From: Clostridia bacterium | GTDB taxonomy: Bacteria; Bacillota; Clostridia; TANB77; CAG-465 | Assembly: GCA_026415435.1 (NCBI GenBank) | Contig: JAOAHC010000040.1 | Location: forward strand, 137,456 to 201,455 | Length of the DNA stretch: 64,000 bases | Direction: 5' to 3' | Part shown: positions 10,318 to 21,329 of the stretch, one piece after another | How positions within the stretch are numbered: position 1 is the stretch's first letter | Layout: every line of letters starts with the position of its first letter | Notes under the pieces: generated by a model | The model's input: the letters and a program-made list of their open reading frames with translations, nothing else | Database searches by the model: none | Told to the model about the DNA's origin: nothing | Position numbers and translations under genes: made by a program

Positions 10318-10747
10318 AATGGATATATCTGATATTGATGATGTTTTGAATTTAGAGAAATCTCAAGACATTAATATTTTATCAAAAGACTCATTATTAT
10401 CAGATTTAAAAAATGAAAGTTCAAGATATTATATTCTTAAACTTAATGAAAAAATTGTTGGCTATATAGGTAGTAAGATTTTAGTTGATAGCTTAGATAT
10501 TGAGTCTATTGTTATAAAAAAAGATTTACAAAATAAAGGTTATGGTAAAATACTTCTAAAGCATGTTATAGAAGTTGCTAAAAACGAAAATATTCAGAAT
10601 ATATTTTTAGAAGTAAGATGCTCAAATATACCTGCCATAAAATTATATGAAAAATTTGGTTTTAAGAAGCTTAATGTAAGAAAAAATTATTATAAAAATC
10701 CTGTAGAGGATGCAGCAATATATGTACTTAACTTAAGTATTTTTTAA
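10304..10747 (+). CDS. rimI: RimI-type GNAT N-acetyltransferase
   Basis: QNKGYG, LEVR.SN.PAI.LYEKFGF, RKNYY..P.EDA. ATG at 10304 overlaps the end of tsaB. Confidence 0.9.
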   Translation: MQINKMDISDIDDVLNLEKSQDINILSKDSLLSDLKNESSRYYILKLNEKIVGYIGSKILVDSLDIESIVIKKDLQNKGYGKILLKHVIEVAKNENIQNIFLEVRCSNIPAIKLYEKFGFKKLNVRKNYYKNPVEDAAIYVLNLSIF

Positions 10748-10763
10748 AAAGTTTAATAAATGT

Positions 10764-10799
10764 AAATACACACCCCTATAATATAAGGAGTGTGTATTT
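10764..10799. terminator. Bidirectional terminator
   Basis: AAATACACAC...GTGTGTATTT between convergent genes. Confidence 0.75.
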
Positions 10800-10806
10800 T
10801 ATGTCT

Positions 10807-11184
10807 CTATTGAGTTTTTAGATTAGTTTTTCTGTTTATAAAAATAATTAATAGGATTATGACTACAGACATAGATGAAATTAAAAATATTATAACCATA
10901 TACTTTGTTTCTACAGCTTTATTTTCTTTCCTTAATTCTTCTGCATCATTTTTCGCGTAATACAGTTTTGAAAGTAAAACTGCGCCCTCAGCTGTACTGG
11001 CATAAAGTTTTAATCTTTCTTCATTAATCCCTTCATTTTTTAAAACTTCCGAATAGTACTTATTTTTCGTTTTATCATAACCAATGAACTCTGCTTTACA
11101 TGTAGAATTGAAGAAATTGAGTATAAACGCCACCAAAACAAACATAATAATTACCCGTGAACAAAAATTAATTAATTTTTTCAT
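10807..11184 (-). CDS. Hypothetical protein with a signal peptide and a C-terminal TM helix
   Basis: Hydrophobic N- and C-terminal segments, AGGGGG RBS, extended -10 TGGTATAAT upstream. Confidence 0.7.
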   Translation of the reverse strand: MKKLINFCSRVIIMFVLVAFILNFFNSTCKAEFIGYDKTKNKYYSEVLKNEGINEERLKLYASTAEGAVLLSKLYYAKNDAEELRKENKAVETKYMVIIFLISSMSVVIILLIIFINRKTNLKTQ

Positions 11185-11430
11185 ATATAATCCCCCTAAA
11201 TTTTTATTAGACTTAATATTAATATGAATATATTAATATTATACCATATTATGTCAACATAATCAATATATTCGACAAGAATAACAAGTTAAAAGCATAA
11301 ATACAACAAATATAACATTTTTTACACTTTTTTAATATATTTTGTTGAAATTTTTTTTAATATATAATAAAATACAAATAACAAATACTAAGTATATAAT
11401 TACAACGTACAAAAGATTATGGAGGAAACT

Positions 11431-13833
11431 ATGAAGTTTAAAAAATTAGACTACACTGATTTAAAAAACAAATGCGATAATACTGAACTTAATTTCAGTA
11501 AAACTACTGAACTAGAACCATTTTGCGGTATAATTGGTCAGGAAAGAGCTCTTAGGGCTATAAAAACTGCGGTTGATATAAAAGAAAAAGGATTTAATTT
11601 ATATGTTAGTGGTAACATAGGTATTGGTAAAACTGCCTATGTACTTTCTGTTGTAAATAGTATAGCTCAAAATGAAAAAGTACCTAATGATTACTGCTAT
11701 ATATATAATTTCGATAATCCTAATGAACCAATATCAATATCTTTAGAACCAGGTATGGGAATTGAATTTAAATTTGATATGAATAGATTTATAACAAAAC
11801 TTATGGAACGCCTTCAAAAGGATCTAAGTGGCGATACCTATGAAAAAGAAAAGAAAAATATTAATGATAGATACTCAAAATCTAAAGAAAAAATAATGAA
11901 AGATTTTGATAGATATACAACTGAACAAGGTTTCAAAATAAGAAACACTGAAAATGGTATCTACTTCTCTCCTATATATAATGGTGTTATATTAAATGAA
12001 CAAGAATTTAGTATTTTAGATGAAAAAATAAAAAAACAATTTGAAGAAAAAAGTCCTAAAATACAAGAACAAACTTTAGAAATTTTAAAAAGAATTGATA
12101 TTATAGATAAAGAATGTGCTAATGTTATAACTGAGTGGCAAACAAACTTGGTTACTTTTGCAGTTACTCAATGTATGAGTGATCTGAAACTGAAATATAA
12201 AAACAATTTAAAGATCCAAAACTTCCTATACTCTATCCAAAGTGATGTTGTAAAAAATATAGAATATTTTAAACAATATCAAGAAAGTTTAAAAAATCCT
12301 CAAGGACAACAAGCTCAATATATTGCTCAAAGAGCTGATGCAAAACCTTGGGAGAACTATAGAGTTAATTTGATTATTGACAATGATAAACTTGAACATG
12401 CTCCTGTAATCATATGCAAAAATCCAAACTATTTTGATCTTTTTGGAAAACTTGAATTTGAAAGTTCAGTTACAGGTATGCGTACAAATTATACAATGTT
12501 AAAACCAGGCCTTTTACATAAAGCAAACGGTGGTTATATAATTATAAATATTGCTGACTTACTTGTAAGTATGCCTACATGGGAAGCTTTTAAAAGAGTT
12601 CTAAGAAATCAAGAATTGACTATTGATAGTTCTAGAGATCTTTCTCAACCTGTGACTATAATGTCACTTAAGCCAGAACCTATCCCACTTAATGTTGAGG
12701 TTATTTTGATTGGATCTGAATTAAACTATCAACAATTATGTAATTTAGACGTTACCTTTAAAAAGATGTTTAAAATAAAAGCAGATTTTGATGATACTTA
12801 TGAAAGAACACCTGAAAACACTATGAAACTTGCAAGATATATTGCATATATATGTAAAAAATATAATCTTCTTGCTTTTAATTGTTCAGCTGTTGCAGAA
12901 ATAATAGAATATAGTTCTAGATGTTCAAATGACAAAAACAAGCTTACAGCTATTATGCAAGACATCATCGATGTTATAATTGAGTCTAATAGTGTTGCAA
13001 AAAATCTTAATAAAAAAATAGTAAGTTCAAATGAAGTTGAAGCTGCTCTTAAAGCAAGAAGCAAAAGATATTCAAAATATGGTGATAATTTAAAAAATAT
13101 GATTACTGATGGTACAATAATGATATCTACCGATGGAGAAAAAATTGGACAGATTAATGGTCTTACAATTATATCTAATGGTGATTTAACATTTGGTATG
13201 CCAGTGAGAATTACTGCAAATACATTTATAGGTAAAAGTGGAATTTTAAATATAGAAAGAGAAGTTTTAATGAGTGGTACATCTCACTCTAAAGGTGTAT
13301 TTATCTTATCAGCATATATAGGAGAAAAATATGCACAAGACATACCTTTATCTTTAACAGCAAGTATTTGTTTTGAGCAATTATATAATGGTGTTGATGG
13401 TGATAGTGCTTCATCTACAGAACTATATGCAATACTATCTAGCCTATCTTCTACTCCTATAAAACAAAATTTAGCTGTTACTGGATCAGTTAACCAAAAA
13501 GGTGAAATACAGCCTATTGGTGGTGTATCTGATAAAATAGAAGGTTTCTTCAAAATATGTAAAGAGCATGGTTTAGATGGAACTCATGGTGTATTGATAC
13601 CACATCAAAATGTTAAAAATCTAAATTTAGATAATGAAATAGTTGAAGCAGTAAAAAATAACTTATTTAGCATCTACCCTGTTTCTACAATTGATGAAGG
13701 TATAGAAATACTAACTGGAGTGAAATCTGGTAAATTATTAAAAGATGGTAATTATGAAAAAGGAAGTATAAACTTCTTAGTAAGTGAAAAACTAAAAAAA
13801 TATGCTGAGAAAAGCTTGAATTTTAAACAATAA
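11431..13833 (+). CDS. Lon-like (LonC-type) protease with AAA-like and S16 domains
   Basis: IIGQERA, GNIGIGKT, KPGLLHKANGGY, DGDSAS and the GGVSDKIEGF dyad. GGAGG precedes the ATG at 11431. Confidence 0.88.
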   Translation: MKFKKLDYTDLKNKCDNTELNFSKTTELEPFCGIIGQERALRAIKTAVDIKEKGFNLYVSGNIGIGKTAYVLSVVNSIAQNEKVPNDYCYIYNFDNPNEPISISLEPGMGIEFKFDMNRFITKLMERLQKDLSGDTYEKEKKNINDRYSKSKEKIMKDFDRYTTEQGFKIRNTENGIYFSPIYNGVILNEQEFSILDEKIKKQFEEKSPKIQEQTLEILKRIDIIDKECANVITEWQTNLVTFAVTQCMSDLKLKYKNNLKIQNFLYSIQSDVVKNIEYFKQYQESLKNPQGQQAQYIAQRADAKPWENYRVNLIIDNDKLEHAPVIICKNPNYFDLFGKLEFESSVTGMRTNYTMLKPGLLHKANGGYIIINIADLLVSMPTWEAFKRVLRNQELTIDSSRDLSQPVTIMSLKPEPIPLNVEVILIGSELNYQQLCNLDVTFKKMFKIKADFDDTYERTPENTMKLARYIAYICKKYNLLAFNCSAVAEIIEYSSRCSNDKNKLTAIMQDIIDVIIESNSVAKNLNKKIVSSNEVEAALKARSKRYSKYGDNLKNMITDGTIMISTDGEKIGQINGLTIISNGDLTFGMPVRITANTFIGKSGILNIEREVLMSGTSHSKGVFILSAYIGEKYAQDIPLSLTASICFEQLYNGVDGDSASSTELYAILSSLSSTPIKQNLAVTGSVNQKGEIQPIGGVSDKIEGFFKICKEHGLDGTHGVLIPHQNVKNLNLDNEIVEAVKNNLFSIYPVSTIDEGIEILTGVKSGKLLKDGNYEKGSINFLVSEKLKKYAEKSLNFKQ

Positions 13834-13834
13834 T

Positions 13835-13876
13835 AAAAAAAGATCACCAGGTAATTTTATCTGGTGATTATTTTTT
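13835..13876. terminator. Bidirectional terminator
   Basis: ATCACCAG...CTGGTGAT flanked by A and T runs. Confidence 0.75.
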
Positions 13877-14575
13877 GGAAATGAAATAGTCAATATTTCT
13901 TTCCTTAGCTCGATACATTGCAGTGTCAGCACGCTTAATCAGTTTATCCTTATTAGTTTCTTGACTTGGATAAAAGGATATTCCGATATTAAAACTATAA
14001 TCTAAATTAGGCTCCGTGCTTTTATAAATCTCTAAAATCTGCAATAAATCGTTATTGATGGTTTCTTCAGAGCTTCCCTTTATAATTACTATAAACTCGT
14101 CTCCACCAACTCTATAAGTTTGATACTCACATGGTAAGGATAACATATACTCTGCAAATTTTTTTAACACGTGATCTCCGTGATCGTGACCTTTTGTGTC
14201 ATTCAGTTTTTTAAAACCTACGAAGTCAATGTAGCACACAGCAAATTTCATCTTTCTAAAAATCAAAACATCTATATCATCATTTAACTTCTTTCTAGAG
14301 TATAAGCCTGTTAAATGATCTATTTCTAATCTTGACTTCATTTCTGTATATATATATGAAGAGATGAAATAGCTACTTGTGACTACGAGTATAATAAATG
14401 TGAATAAACTGTAAATGACATACCTTAATACTATTTTGAAAATTTCACTGTCTTCATCAACATATTGACGAATCTCGTTTACTAGTTTGAAATTTAAAAA
14501 TAGTATTATACTTACAAAGATAACCAAGGTCAGCATGAGTATTAATATAAGTCGTTCCTTTTTTATCCGTAACAT
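13868..14575 (-). CDS. Membrane-anchored diguanylate cyclase (GGDEF)
   Basis: Two TM helices, D.LTGL..R, FKKLND..GH..GD, RVGGDEF, ADTAMY.AK. Confidence 0.9.
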   Translation of the reverse strand: MLRIKKERLILILMLTLVIFVSIILFLNFKLVNEIRQYVDEDSEIFKIVLRYVIYSLFTFIILVVTSSYFISSYIYTEMKSRLEIDHLTGLYSRKKLNDDIDVLIFRKMKFAVCYIDFVGFKKLNDTKGHDHGDHVLKKFAEYMLSLPCEYQTYRVGGDEFIVIIKGSSEETINNDLLQILEIYKSTEPNLDYSFNIGISFYPSQETNKDKLIKRADTAMYRAKERNIDYFISKK

Positions 14576-14643
14576 GACTATTTTTCTCTCCCTTCTTAAT
14601 TAATTTAACATTAGTCAAATTTCAAAATAACGAATTCTAATAT

Positions 14644-14672
14644 ATTATATTACTGGTTACAATATTTGTAAA
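14644..14672 (-). promoter_or_regulatory. SigA-type promoter of the GGDEF gene
   Basis: TTTACA, 17 bp spacer, TATAAT on the minus strand. Confidence 0.55.
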
Positions 14673-14780
14673 AACATTTGCTATTTTTTGCTATTTTTTG
14701 ACAAAACTTTCGGTAACAAACTTATAAATATTATTATATTTTGTTAATTTTAACATATAATCATATGGTTTTTGAAATAT

Positions 14781-15866
14781 TTATAGTATAACTCCTCCAC
14801 CAACTACAACATCATTATCGTAAAAAACTACCGCTTGGCCAGGAGTAATTGCTCTTTGTGCTTCTTCAAAAACTACCTTAACATTACCATCTTCACACTG
14901 AGATATAGTTGCATCTGCTTTTTTAGCAGAGTATCTTATTTTTGCTTTTACTTTCATACGATTAAGTAATTTCTCAAATGGCATAAAATTAACTTCTTTA
15001 CATATCAATTCTTTTTTATATAATTCATTTTCTTCGCCAAGTACAACTTGATCATTTTTAGCATCAATATTAACTACATACATTGGTTTTTTAAACGACA
15101 TTTTAAGTCCTCTTCTTTGTCCGATTGTATAGTTAATAATTCCTTCATGTTTTGCAATAAAATTACCTTTAGTATCTACAAAATTACCTACTTTAGGTAT
15201 ATAGTTATATTTTTCTTTTATAAACTTTGCATAATCATTGTCTTCAACAAAACAAATTTCTTGACTTTCTTGTTTATTTGCTGTTATAAGATCATTTTCC
15301 CTTGCTATTTGTCTTACTTCTTCTTTTGTATAGTCTCCTAGAGGAAAAATTATATGTTTTAATTGTTCTTGCGTTAAGTTATATAAAGCATATGTTTGAT
15401 CTTTTTTATCAGTAACAGATTCTTTTAAATAGTACCTACCCGTTTCACTGTTATATTCAACTTTTGCATAATGTCCAGTTGCAATATATTCAGCATCAAA
15501 TACTGTTTTTGCCTTATTTAACAAAGTTTCAAATTTAACATACTTATTGCATGCAATACATGGATTTGGTGTTTTACCAGATATGTATTCTTGAACAAAA
15601 TAATCTATAACATCTTTTTTAAATGTATCTTTAAAGTTTAGAGAATAATATGGTATATCCAACTTATCACATACTCGTCTTGCGTCATTTACCGCACTAA
15701 CAGCGCAGCATGCCTTCTCACAAACCTTTTCTGTCTCTTCACGTTGCCATACATTCATAGTTATCCCTATTACTTCATATCCTTGTTTTTTTAAAAGCAG
15801 TGCAGCGACAGAACTGTCTACTCCACCACTCATTCCTACTACTACTTTTTTCTTTTCCATTTTCAT
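14781..15866 (-). CDS. mnmA: tRNA 2-thiouridylase
   Basis: GMSGGVDSSV, TPNPCIACN, ATGHYA, KDQTY, SQEICF, TPGQAVVFY. Confidence 0.97.
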   Translation of the reverse strand: MKMEKKKVVVGMSGGVDSSVAALLLKKQGYEVIGITMNVWQREETEKVCEKACCAVSAVNDARRVCDKLDIPYYSLNFKDTFKKDVIDYFVQEYISGKTPNPCIACNKYVKFETLLNKAKTVFDAEYIATGHYAKVEYNSETGRYYLKESVTDKKDQTYALYNLTQEQLKHIIFPLGDYTKEEVRQIARENDLITANKQESQEICFVEDNDYAKFIKEKYNYIPKVGNFVDTKGNFIAKHEGIINYTIGQRRGLKMSFKKPMYVVNIDAKNDQVVLGEENELYKKELICKEVNFMPFEKLLNRMKVKAKIRYSAKKADATISQCEDGNVKVVFEEAQRAITPGQAVVFYDNDVVVGGGVIL

Positions 15867-15910
15867 CTTCCTTTAACTTTAATTACATAATATATTATAC
15901 CATTAAAGTC

Positions 15911-15943
15911 AAAAAAAAGCTAGCAATATATATGCTAGCTTTT
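15911..15943 (-). terminator. Terminator after the ABC transporter genes
   Basis: AAAAGCTAGCA...TGCTAGCTTTT with an A8 run (U tract on the minus strand). Confidence 0.8.
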
Positions 15944-15963
15944 AAATAATTAATTTTTAATAT

Positions 15964-18021
15964 TTATTTTCTTCTTAATGCCTCTATCGGATCCATTCTT
16001 GCTGCTTTAACTGATGGTATCATACCAGCAAATAAAGCTAAGAAAGCACATACTAAAACTAATATTATAGCAATTACAGGGTCTAATACTGCAACCTTAA
16101 CACTATCAATTTGCATTCCACTGCTCTTAATTAACATAGATACCGCATAATTTATTATCTCACACATACCATAAGATACTGCTACTCCTATAATCCCCGA
16201 AAACAGTCCAATTATTGCTGATTCAGATAAAAATATATTACGTATATCTTTTCTTCTTGCACCAATTGCTCTTAATATTCCTATTTCTGATATTCTTTCT
16301 AACACTGATATAAATATTACTATACCAATCATAAGAATAGCAACTATAACTGATATACTTGAAAATCCAATTAATACATTTCTTACTGTATCCATAAATA
16401 CCTGCACACCATCTAATATAGTATCTGCAGATCCTTTAAATTCATATTTTGTTTGACTTGAATTTAGGTTATTTATTGTATCTTTTATTTGTGTATTTGA
16501 TAAATTAGATTTCAGATATAAATAAGCCCTCACGTACTTCATATCTTCTTTTTTTGTCTCAGTTAAATCTGCATAAAGTTGATTTATTTGATCTGAAGTC
16601 TGGTATATTGAATTTCCCATAGTATTTATTGATGTAATACCTACTATTTTAAAAGTGACTATTCTATTTTTATCGCTGTCTCTACCAACATACATATTTG
16701 GTCCATACTTTACATATAGATTCTTACCTACTAAGCTTTTTATATTTTCATCATTACTACCCTCACCAAGTAAAGTTTGAGCTGTATTTAAAGATATTAC
16801 TATTTCTTCTGTATTTTCAGGTTTTCTACCAGATGTCAAACTATTATTTATATTTTCGTATGGTTCAGGACCATTAAGTAACATAAATGATTCATCCTCA
16901 AAGTCTGCAGATTTAGCATTATCTTCATTTAAAGAAACCTCACTAAAAAAATCTTGCATTGCTGAGGCAGGAACTGGCCAAAAATGGCTTATATTACTAT
17001 TTAACTTTTTTATATTTTCTAAATCATTATAGGTATATTCCGGTAAACTTTTCGGATTTAAACCTATATTTATAGCATCTTTGTTGCTGCTAGATTTTAA
17101 ATCTATAGTTACCATATTAACTGGCATTATACTTTCTACTTGATCTCTCACTATCTTAGTACTACCATTACTTAATGCAAATGCAAGTGCAATACCCACT
17201 ATTCCAATTGACATACCAATTGATGTAGCAATTGTTCTTGCTTTTTTAGTCCAAAGACTTTTAAGTGAATGCGTAAATGCTGTCATATATGACATAACTG
17301 ATCTTGTATACTTTTTTTCCTGTTCATCTTTATTCACTAGCTCTGTCTTATTTTCTATATTTATTATTTTACCATCTTCCATGCTTATAACGGTATCAGC
17401 AAATTCTTCTGCTAAAGCTTCGCTGTGAGTTATAACTATAACTAGTTTATCTTTTGAAAGTTCTTTTAATTTAACCATAACTTCATGGCCAATTCTAGTG
17501 TCTAGAGCTCCAGTTGGTTCGTCTGCAAGTATTATATCTGGATCATTTGCTAAGGCTCTTGCAATAGCAATTCTTTGTTTTTGTCCTCCCGATAATACAT
17601 TTACTTTTCTTTTTGCAAACCTCTCCATTTCAACCATTTTAAGAAGTGAATATATCTTATCTTTTTTATCCTTTATGTTAGATAAGCTAAGTGCCAATTT
17701 AACATTATCGTATGCAGTAAACTTATTAATTAGATAAAATTGTTGAAATATAAATCCAATAGTATTTTTTCTATAGCTATCTAAATCTTTTGATTTTGCT
17801 TCTTTTAAAGATTTACCATTAATTAAGACATCACCTTCAAAATCAAAATCTAACGCTCCTATTAAATTCATTAATGTAGTCTTTCCACTACCAGATGGCC
17901 CTAAAATACATACAAGTCCTGAATTTCCAAGTTCAAATTGTACATTTTCCAGAGCTGTAAAGCTCTCATTTTTCATCTTATATATCTTTGATTTTATATC
18001 TACTTTTAGCATATCTACCAC
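15964..18021 (-). CDS. MacB-like fused ABC ATPase/FtsX-type permease
   Basis: GPSGSGKT, LSGGQKQRIAIARAL, ADEPTGALD, ERISEIGILRAIGA, DPIEALR. Confidence 0.92.
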   Translation of the reverse strand: MVDMLKVDIKSKIYKMKNESFTALENVQFELGNSGLVCILGPSGSGKTTLMNLIGALDFDFEGDVLINGKSLKEAKSKDLDSYRKNTIGFIFQQFYLINKFTAYDNVKLALSLSNIKDKKDKIYSLLKMVEMERFAKRKVNVLSGGQKQRIAIARALANDPDIILADEPTGALDTRIGHEVMVKLKELSKDKLVIVITHSEALAEEFADTVISMEDGKIINIENKTELVNKDEQEKKYTRSVMSYMTAFTHSLKSLWTKKARTIATSIGMSIGIVGIALAFALSNGSTKIVRDQVESIMPVNMVTIDLKSSSNKDAINIGLNPKSLPEYTYNDLENIKKLNSNISHFWPVPASAMQDFFSEVSLNEDNAKSADFEDESFMLLNGPEPYENINNSLTSGRKPENTEEIVISLNTAQTLLGEGSNDENIKSLVGKNLYVKYGPNMYVGRDSDKNRIVTFKIVGITSINTMGNSIYQTSDQINQLYADLTETKKEDMKYVRAYLYLKSNLSNTQIKDTINNLNSSQTKYEFKGSADTILDGVQVFMDTVRNVLIGFSSISVIVAILMIGIVIFISVLERISEIGILRAIGARRKDIRNIFLSESAIIGLFSGIIGVAVSYGMCEIINYAVSMLIKSSGMQIDSVKVAVLDPVIAIILVLVCAFLALFAGMIPSVKAARMDPIEALRRK

Positions 18022-18023
18022 CC

Positions 18024-20123
18024 CTATTCATCCCTTAATGCATCTATTACATGCATTTTTGTTGCCTTTTTAGATGGCAAATATCCTGCTATGAAAGTTA
18101 TAAGAGCACTAAATAATATTATTGAAATTAAAGTTGCAAATGGAAAGCTTAAATTAGTAAATGGTATTCTTGATATAGGTATACTAACTATACCTGGTAA
18201 ATCTAGGTTAAGATATTTTGATATCAAAATCTCAATAATTGGTGCAAGTACGAAAGCAACTATTACACCAAGTATTCCAGAAAATACTCCCATTAAAATA
18301 GCCTCACACTCAAATATTCTTATTACATCCTTATTTCTTCCACCAACTGCTTTTATTATCCCTATTTCAGTTTTTCTCTCAACTATGCTTGAATATAGTA
18401 CTATAGCAGTCATAATTGATGAGACTATTAAAGCAACTATAATGAAAATACTTATTACTATTTGTGCCATTAATATAAGCTGAGCAAATATTGTTTTTAA
18501 TGAAATAGCCATATTTTTTGCACTATAACCGTTTTTTTCATTACCACCTTGAGAGTCAAAACTAACTTTAGTTCCAGAACCACCATTTTCTTTATTATTT
18601 ATATAATCAGCTACCTCTTTATTATCTTTAACATTTGATAAAATAAGCTCATACCCACCCTTATTTTGAGTAAAATAATCATAAGCTGTTTTATTCTCTA
18701 AATTTACACCTTTAAGCCAACTTACTACATAATCATAATTATAGTATAGATTAGCCATGCTCAAATCTAGTTCATTTATTATACCTGATACTATAAATTC
18801 TTTGTTAATATCCAAAGTTTCTCCTGTACTACTGGTATAATTAAGTATAATATTTACAGTTTTGCCAATTGCAAGTTTTGTGTCTTTACTTGATATATCA
18901 TTTTTTTCAAGAATACTTCTTGCAAGAGCCTGATTAACTAATACTTCATTTTTATCTATTGCTGGTAATTTACCATCAATATTTTCTATTAAAAAATCAG
19001 TGTTTTTTTCATCTGCAAGTGAACTAATACTAGAATCAGATTCAGCATTATTTATTTTAATAACAGCATTAGAAAGACCCATATGAGATCTCGTTTTTGA
19101 TATTTTTTCTTTTATTTCTTCACTATTAAAAATATTAGTATAATCATTTATATTTGTTGATGTAACTACACCTGAATCTTTACTTTTAACATTCTTTTGA
19201 ACTACTAATACATTTGCAGATCCAAATTTATTTAATTGTTTATCAATATATATATTAGCTCCATTACCAAGTCCCATTATTAAAGCAAATCCTGCTATAC
19301 CTATACATCCAGCTATTGTAGTGATAGCTACACGCCATTTCTTCTTGCTCATATTTCTAAGTGATAATTTAAAAGCTTCGTAAAATGACATACTTTTATC
19401 TTTTTTAGATAGAGTTGATTTATCTTTATTAGTACTAACTTCAAGTAAATTAGTATCACTCTCTATCTGCCCATCTCTTACTTTTATAATTCTACTAGAA
19501 TATTCGTTAGCAAGTTTATCATTATGTGTAACCATAATAATAAGTTTATCACTAGCAATACTTTTTAGTAACTCCATTATTTGTTTTCCAGTATTCTTAT
19601 CAAGAGCCCCAGTTGGTTCATCTGCAAGAATTATATCTGGATCATTAGCTAAAGCTCTTGCAATAGCAACTCTTTGCTTTTGTCCACCAGATAATTCTGA
19701 TGGCTTATGATTACTATGATTTTCTAACCCAACTTTTTTTAATAATTCCTTTGCTCTAGTACGTCTTTCATTAAGACTTAGTCCTATTAAATTCATCACA
19801 ATTTCTACGTTTTCTAAAGCAGTCAAATGCTCAATTAAGTTGAAATTTTGAAAGACAAATCCTATATTATTTTTTCTATATAAATCCCAATCTTTTTTCT
19901 TGAATTCTTTTGAACTCACATTTCCTATAACTAATTTACCAGATGAAGGTACATCTAGCCCTGCAATTATATTAAGTAATGTAGACTTTCCACTTCCAGA
20001 GGGTCCTACTATTGAAACAAATTCTCCCTTTTCAAAAGAAATATTTACATCATTTAAAGCGTAGAACTCAACACCTTTTTCAATTTTAAATACTTTGTTT
20101 ATGTTCTCTAATTTTAATAACAT
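18024..20123 (-). CDS. MacB-like fused ABC ATPase/permease (second paralog)
   Basis: GPSGSGKS, LSGGQKQRVAIARAL, ERKTEIGIIKAVG. Confidence 0.92.
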   Translation of the reverse strand: MLLKLENINKVFKIEKGVEFYALNDVNISFEKGEFVSIVGPSGSGKSTLLNIIAGLDVPSSGKLVIGNVSSKEFKKKDWDLYRKNNIGFVFQNFNLIEHLTALENVEIVMNLIGLSLNERRTRAKELLKKVGLENHSNHKPSELSGGQKQRVAIARALANDPDIILADEPTGALDKNTGKQIMELLKSIASDKLIIMVTHNDKLANEYSSRIIKVRDGQIESDTNLLEVSTNKDKSTLSKKDKSMSFYEAFKLSLRNMSKKKWRVAITTIAGCIGIAGFALIMGLGNGANIYIDKQLNKFGSANVLVVQKNVKSKDSGVVTSTNINDYTNIFNSEEIKEKISKTRSHMGLSNAVIKINNAESDSSISSLADEKNTDFLIENIDGKLPAIDKNEVLVNQALARSILEKNDISSKDTKLAIGKTVNIILNYTSSTGETLDINKEFIVSGIINELDLSMANLYYNYDYVVSWLKGVNLENKTAYDYFTQNKGGYELILSNVKDNKEVADYINNKENGGSGTKVSFDSQGGNEKNGYSAKNMAISLKTIFAQLILMAQIVISIFIIVALIVSSIMTAIVLYSSIVERKTEIGIIKAVGGRNKDVIRIFECEAILMGVFSGILGVIVAFVLAPIIEILISKYLNLDLPGIVSIPISRIPFTNLSFPFATLISIILFSALITFIAGYLPSKKATKMHVIDALRDE

Positions 20124-20144
20124 TACAACATACTCCTCTAATAT

Positions 20145-21326
20145 TTATATTTTTGATAATAGTTTTTGAGTATAGTCATGAATCAAATTATTATCTTCTT
20201 GACTAGGGTTAAAACATATTTTTATCCCATCATTAACAACACTCATACCTATGCTTTCTAACCTTTGTTTTATCATAGCAACAGCTTCTCCGCTCCAACC
20301 ATATGAACCAAAAACACCAACTATTTTACCTCTGTTTTTTATAGCACTTATCGAATGTAAAACTTTCCATAAAGGCTCTACTGCATCTTTATTAATTGTA
20401 GGAGAACCTATAAATATCGCTTTACTTTTTTCTATCTCGATTTGCAAATCATTTATATTAACCACACTGTCCCCTACATCGATCACCTTTACTAGATAAT
20501 TGGAATTATTAGATATATATTCCTTAATAGTCTCAGCTATTTTTCTTGTATATCCATATGCAGAGGCATAAACTATAGTTATTTGGTTTTCTATATCAAC
20601 ACTACTCCATTTAGAATATTTTTCTATAAGATTATCAATGTTTTTTGTAAGTATAGGTCCATGGCTTGGGGCTATTATCTCATATTTTATATTTTTTAAT
20701 TTTTCTATACCATTTAACACATACTTTTTAAAAGGTGAAAATATTGCATCATAATAATTTTTAAATGAGTTTTCATATTCATCATAGTATTTTATGTACT
20801 TATCAAATATTCTTGGTTCAGAAAAATGTGTACCTAAAAAATCACAAGTAAATACAATTCCACTTTCCTCTATATATGTAAACATGGTATCAGGCCAATG
20901 TAAAAAAGGTGATACTAAAAACTTCAAAGTTTTATCACCTATATTAAGTGTATCATTATCTTTTATCACTTCGATATCTAAATTTTCGTTACATATGTTT
21001 TGAACATTTTTACTTGCTGCTAAAGTACAAAAAATTTTTATATTTTTATTTAATTCTAGTAATTTTTTCACACTACCACTATGATCTGGTTCAGTATGAT
21101 TTAGTACTAAATAACTTATATCTTCAATTTTTATTAACTTAGATAAATTATCTATATACTCATCAAAATACTCTTCATGCACAGTATCAATTAAAACATT
21201 ATGTTTTGACTTTACTAAATATGCATTATAGCTTGTACCATATTCTGTGTCCATTATAACATCAAATTTTCTAAGAAAGGGGTTTAACACCCCTATATAA
21301 TAAATATCATCTTTTATTTCAATCAT
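20145..21326 (-). CDS. fprA: Flavodiiron protein (A-type flavoprotein)
   Basis: GTSYNAY, NHTEPDHSG, LHWPD, PSHG, and flavodoxin motifs SAYGYT and FGSYGWSG. Confidence 0.95.
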   Translation of the reverse strand: MIEIKDDIYYIGVLNPFLRKFDVIMDTEYGTSYNAYLVKSKHNVLIDTVHEEYFDEYIDNLSKLIKIEDISYLVLNHTEPDHSGSVKKLLELNKNIKIFCTLAASKNVQNICNENLDIEVIKDNDTLNIGDKTLKFLVSPFLHWPDTMFTYIEESGIVFTCDFLGTHFSEPRIFDKYIKYYDEYENSFKNYYDAIFSPFKKYVLNGIEKLKNIKYEIIAPSHGPILTKNIDNLIEKYSKWSSVDIENQITIVYASAYGYTRKIAETIKEYISNNSNYLVKVIDVGDSVVNINDLQIEIEKSKAIFIGSPTINKDAVEPLWKVLHSISAIKNRGKIVGVFGSYGWSGEAVAMIKQRLESIGMSVVNDGIKICFNPSQEDNNLIHDYTQKLLSKI

Positions 21327-21329
21327 ATA

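Noticed and set aside
11271..11277. Spo0A box TGTCGAA (also at 36156-36162)
   Set aside because: Single 7-mers are expected by chance in a window this size; position alone is insufficient support.
14576..14780. c-di-GMP riboswitch upstream of the GGDEF gene
   Set aside because: No GEMM-like stems or conserved motif are visible in this AT-rich spacer.
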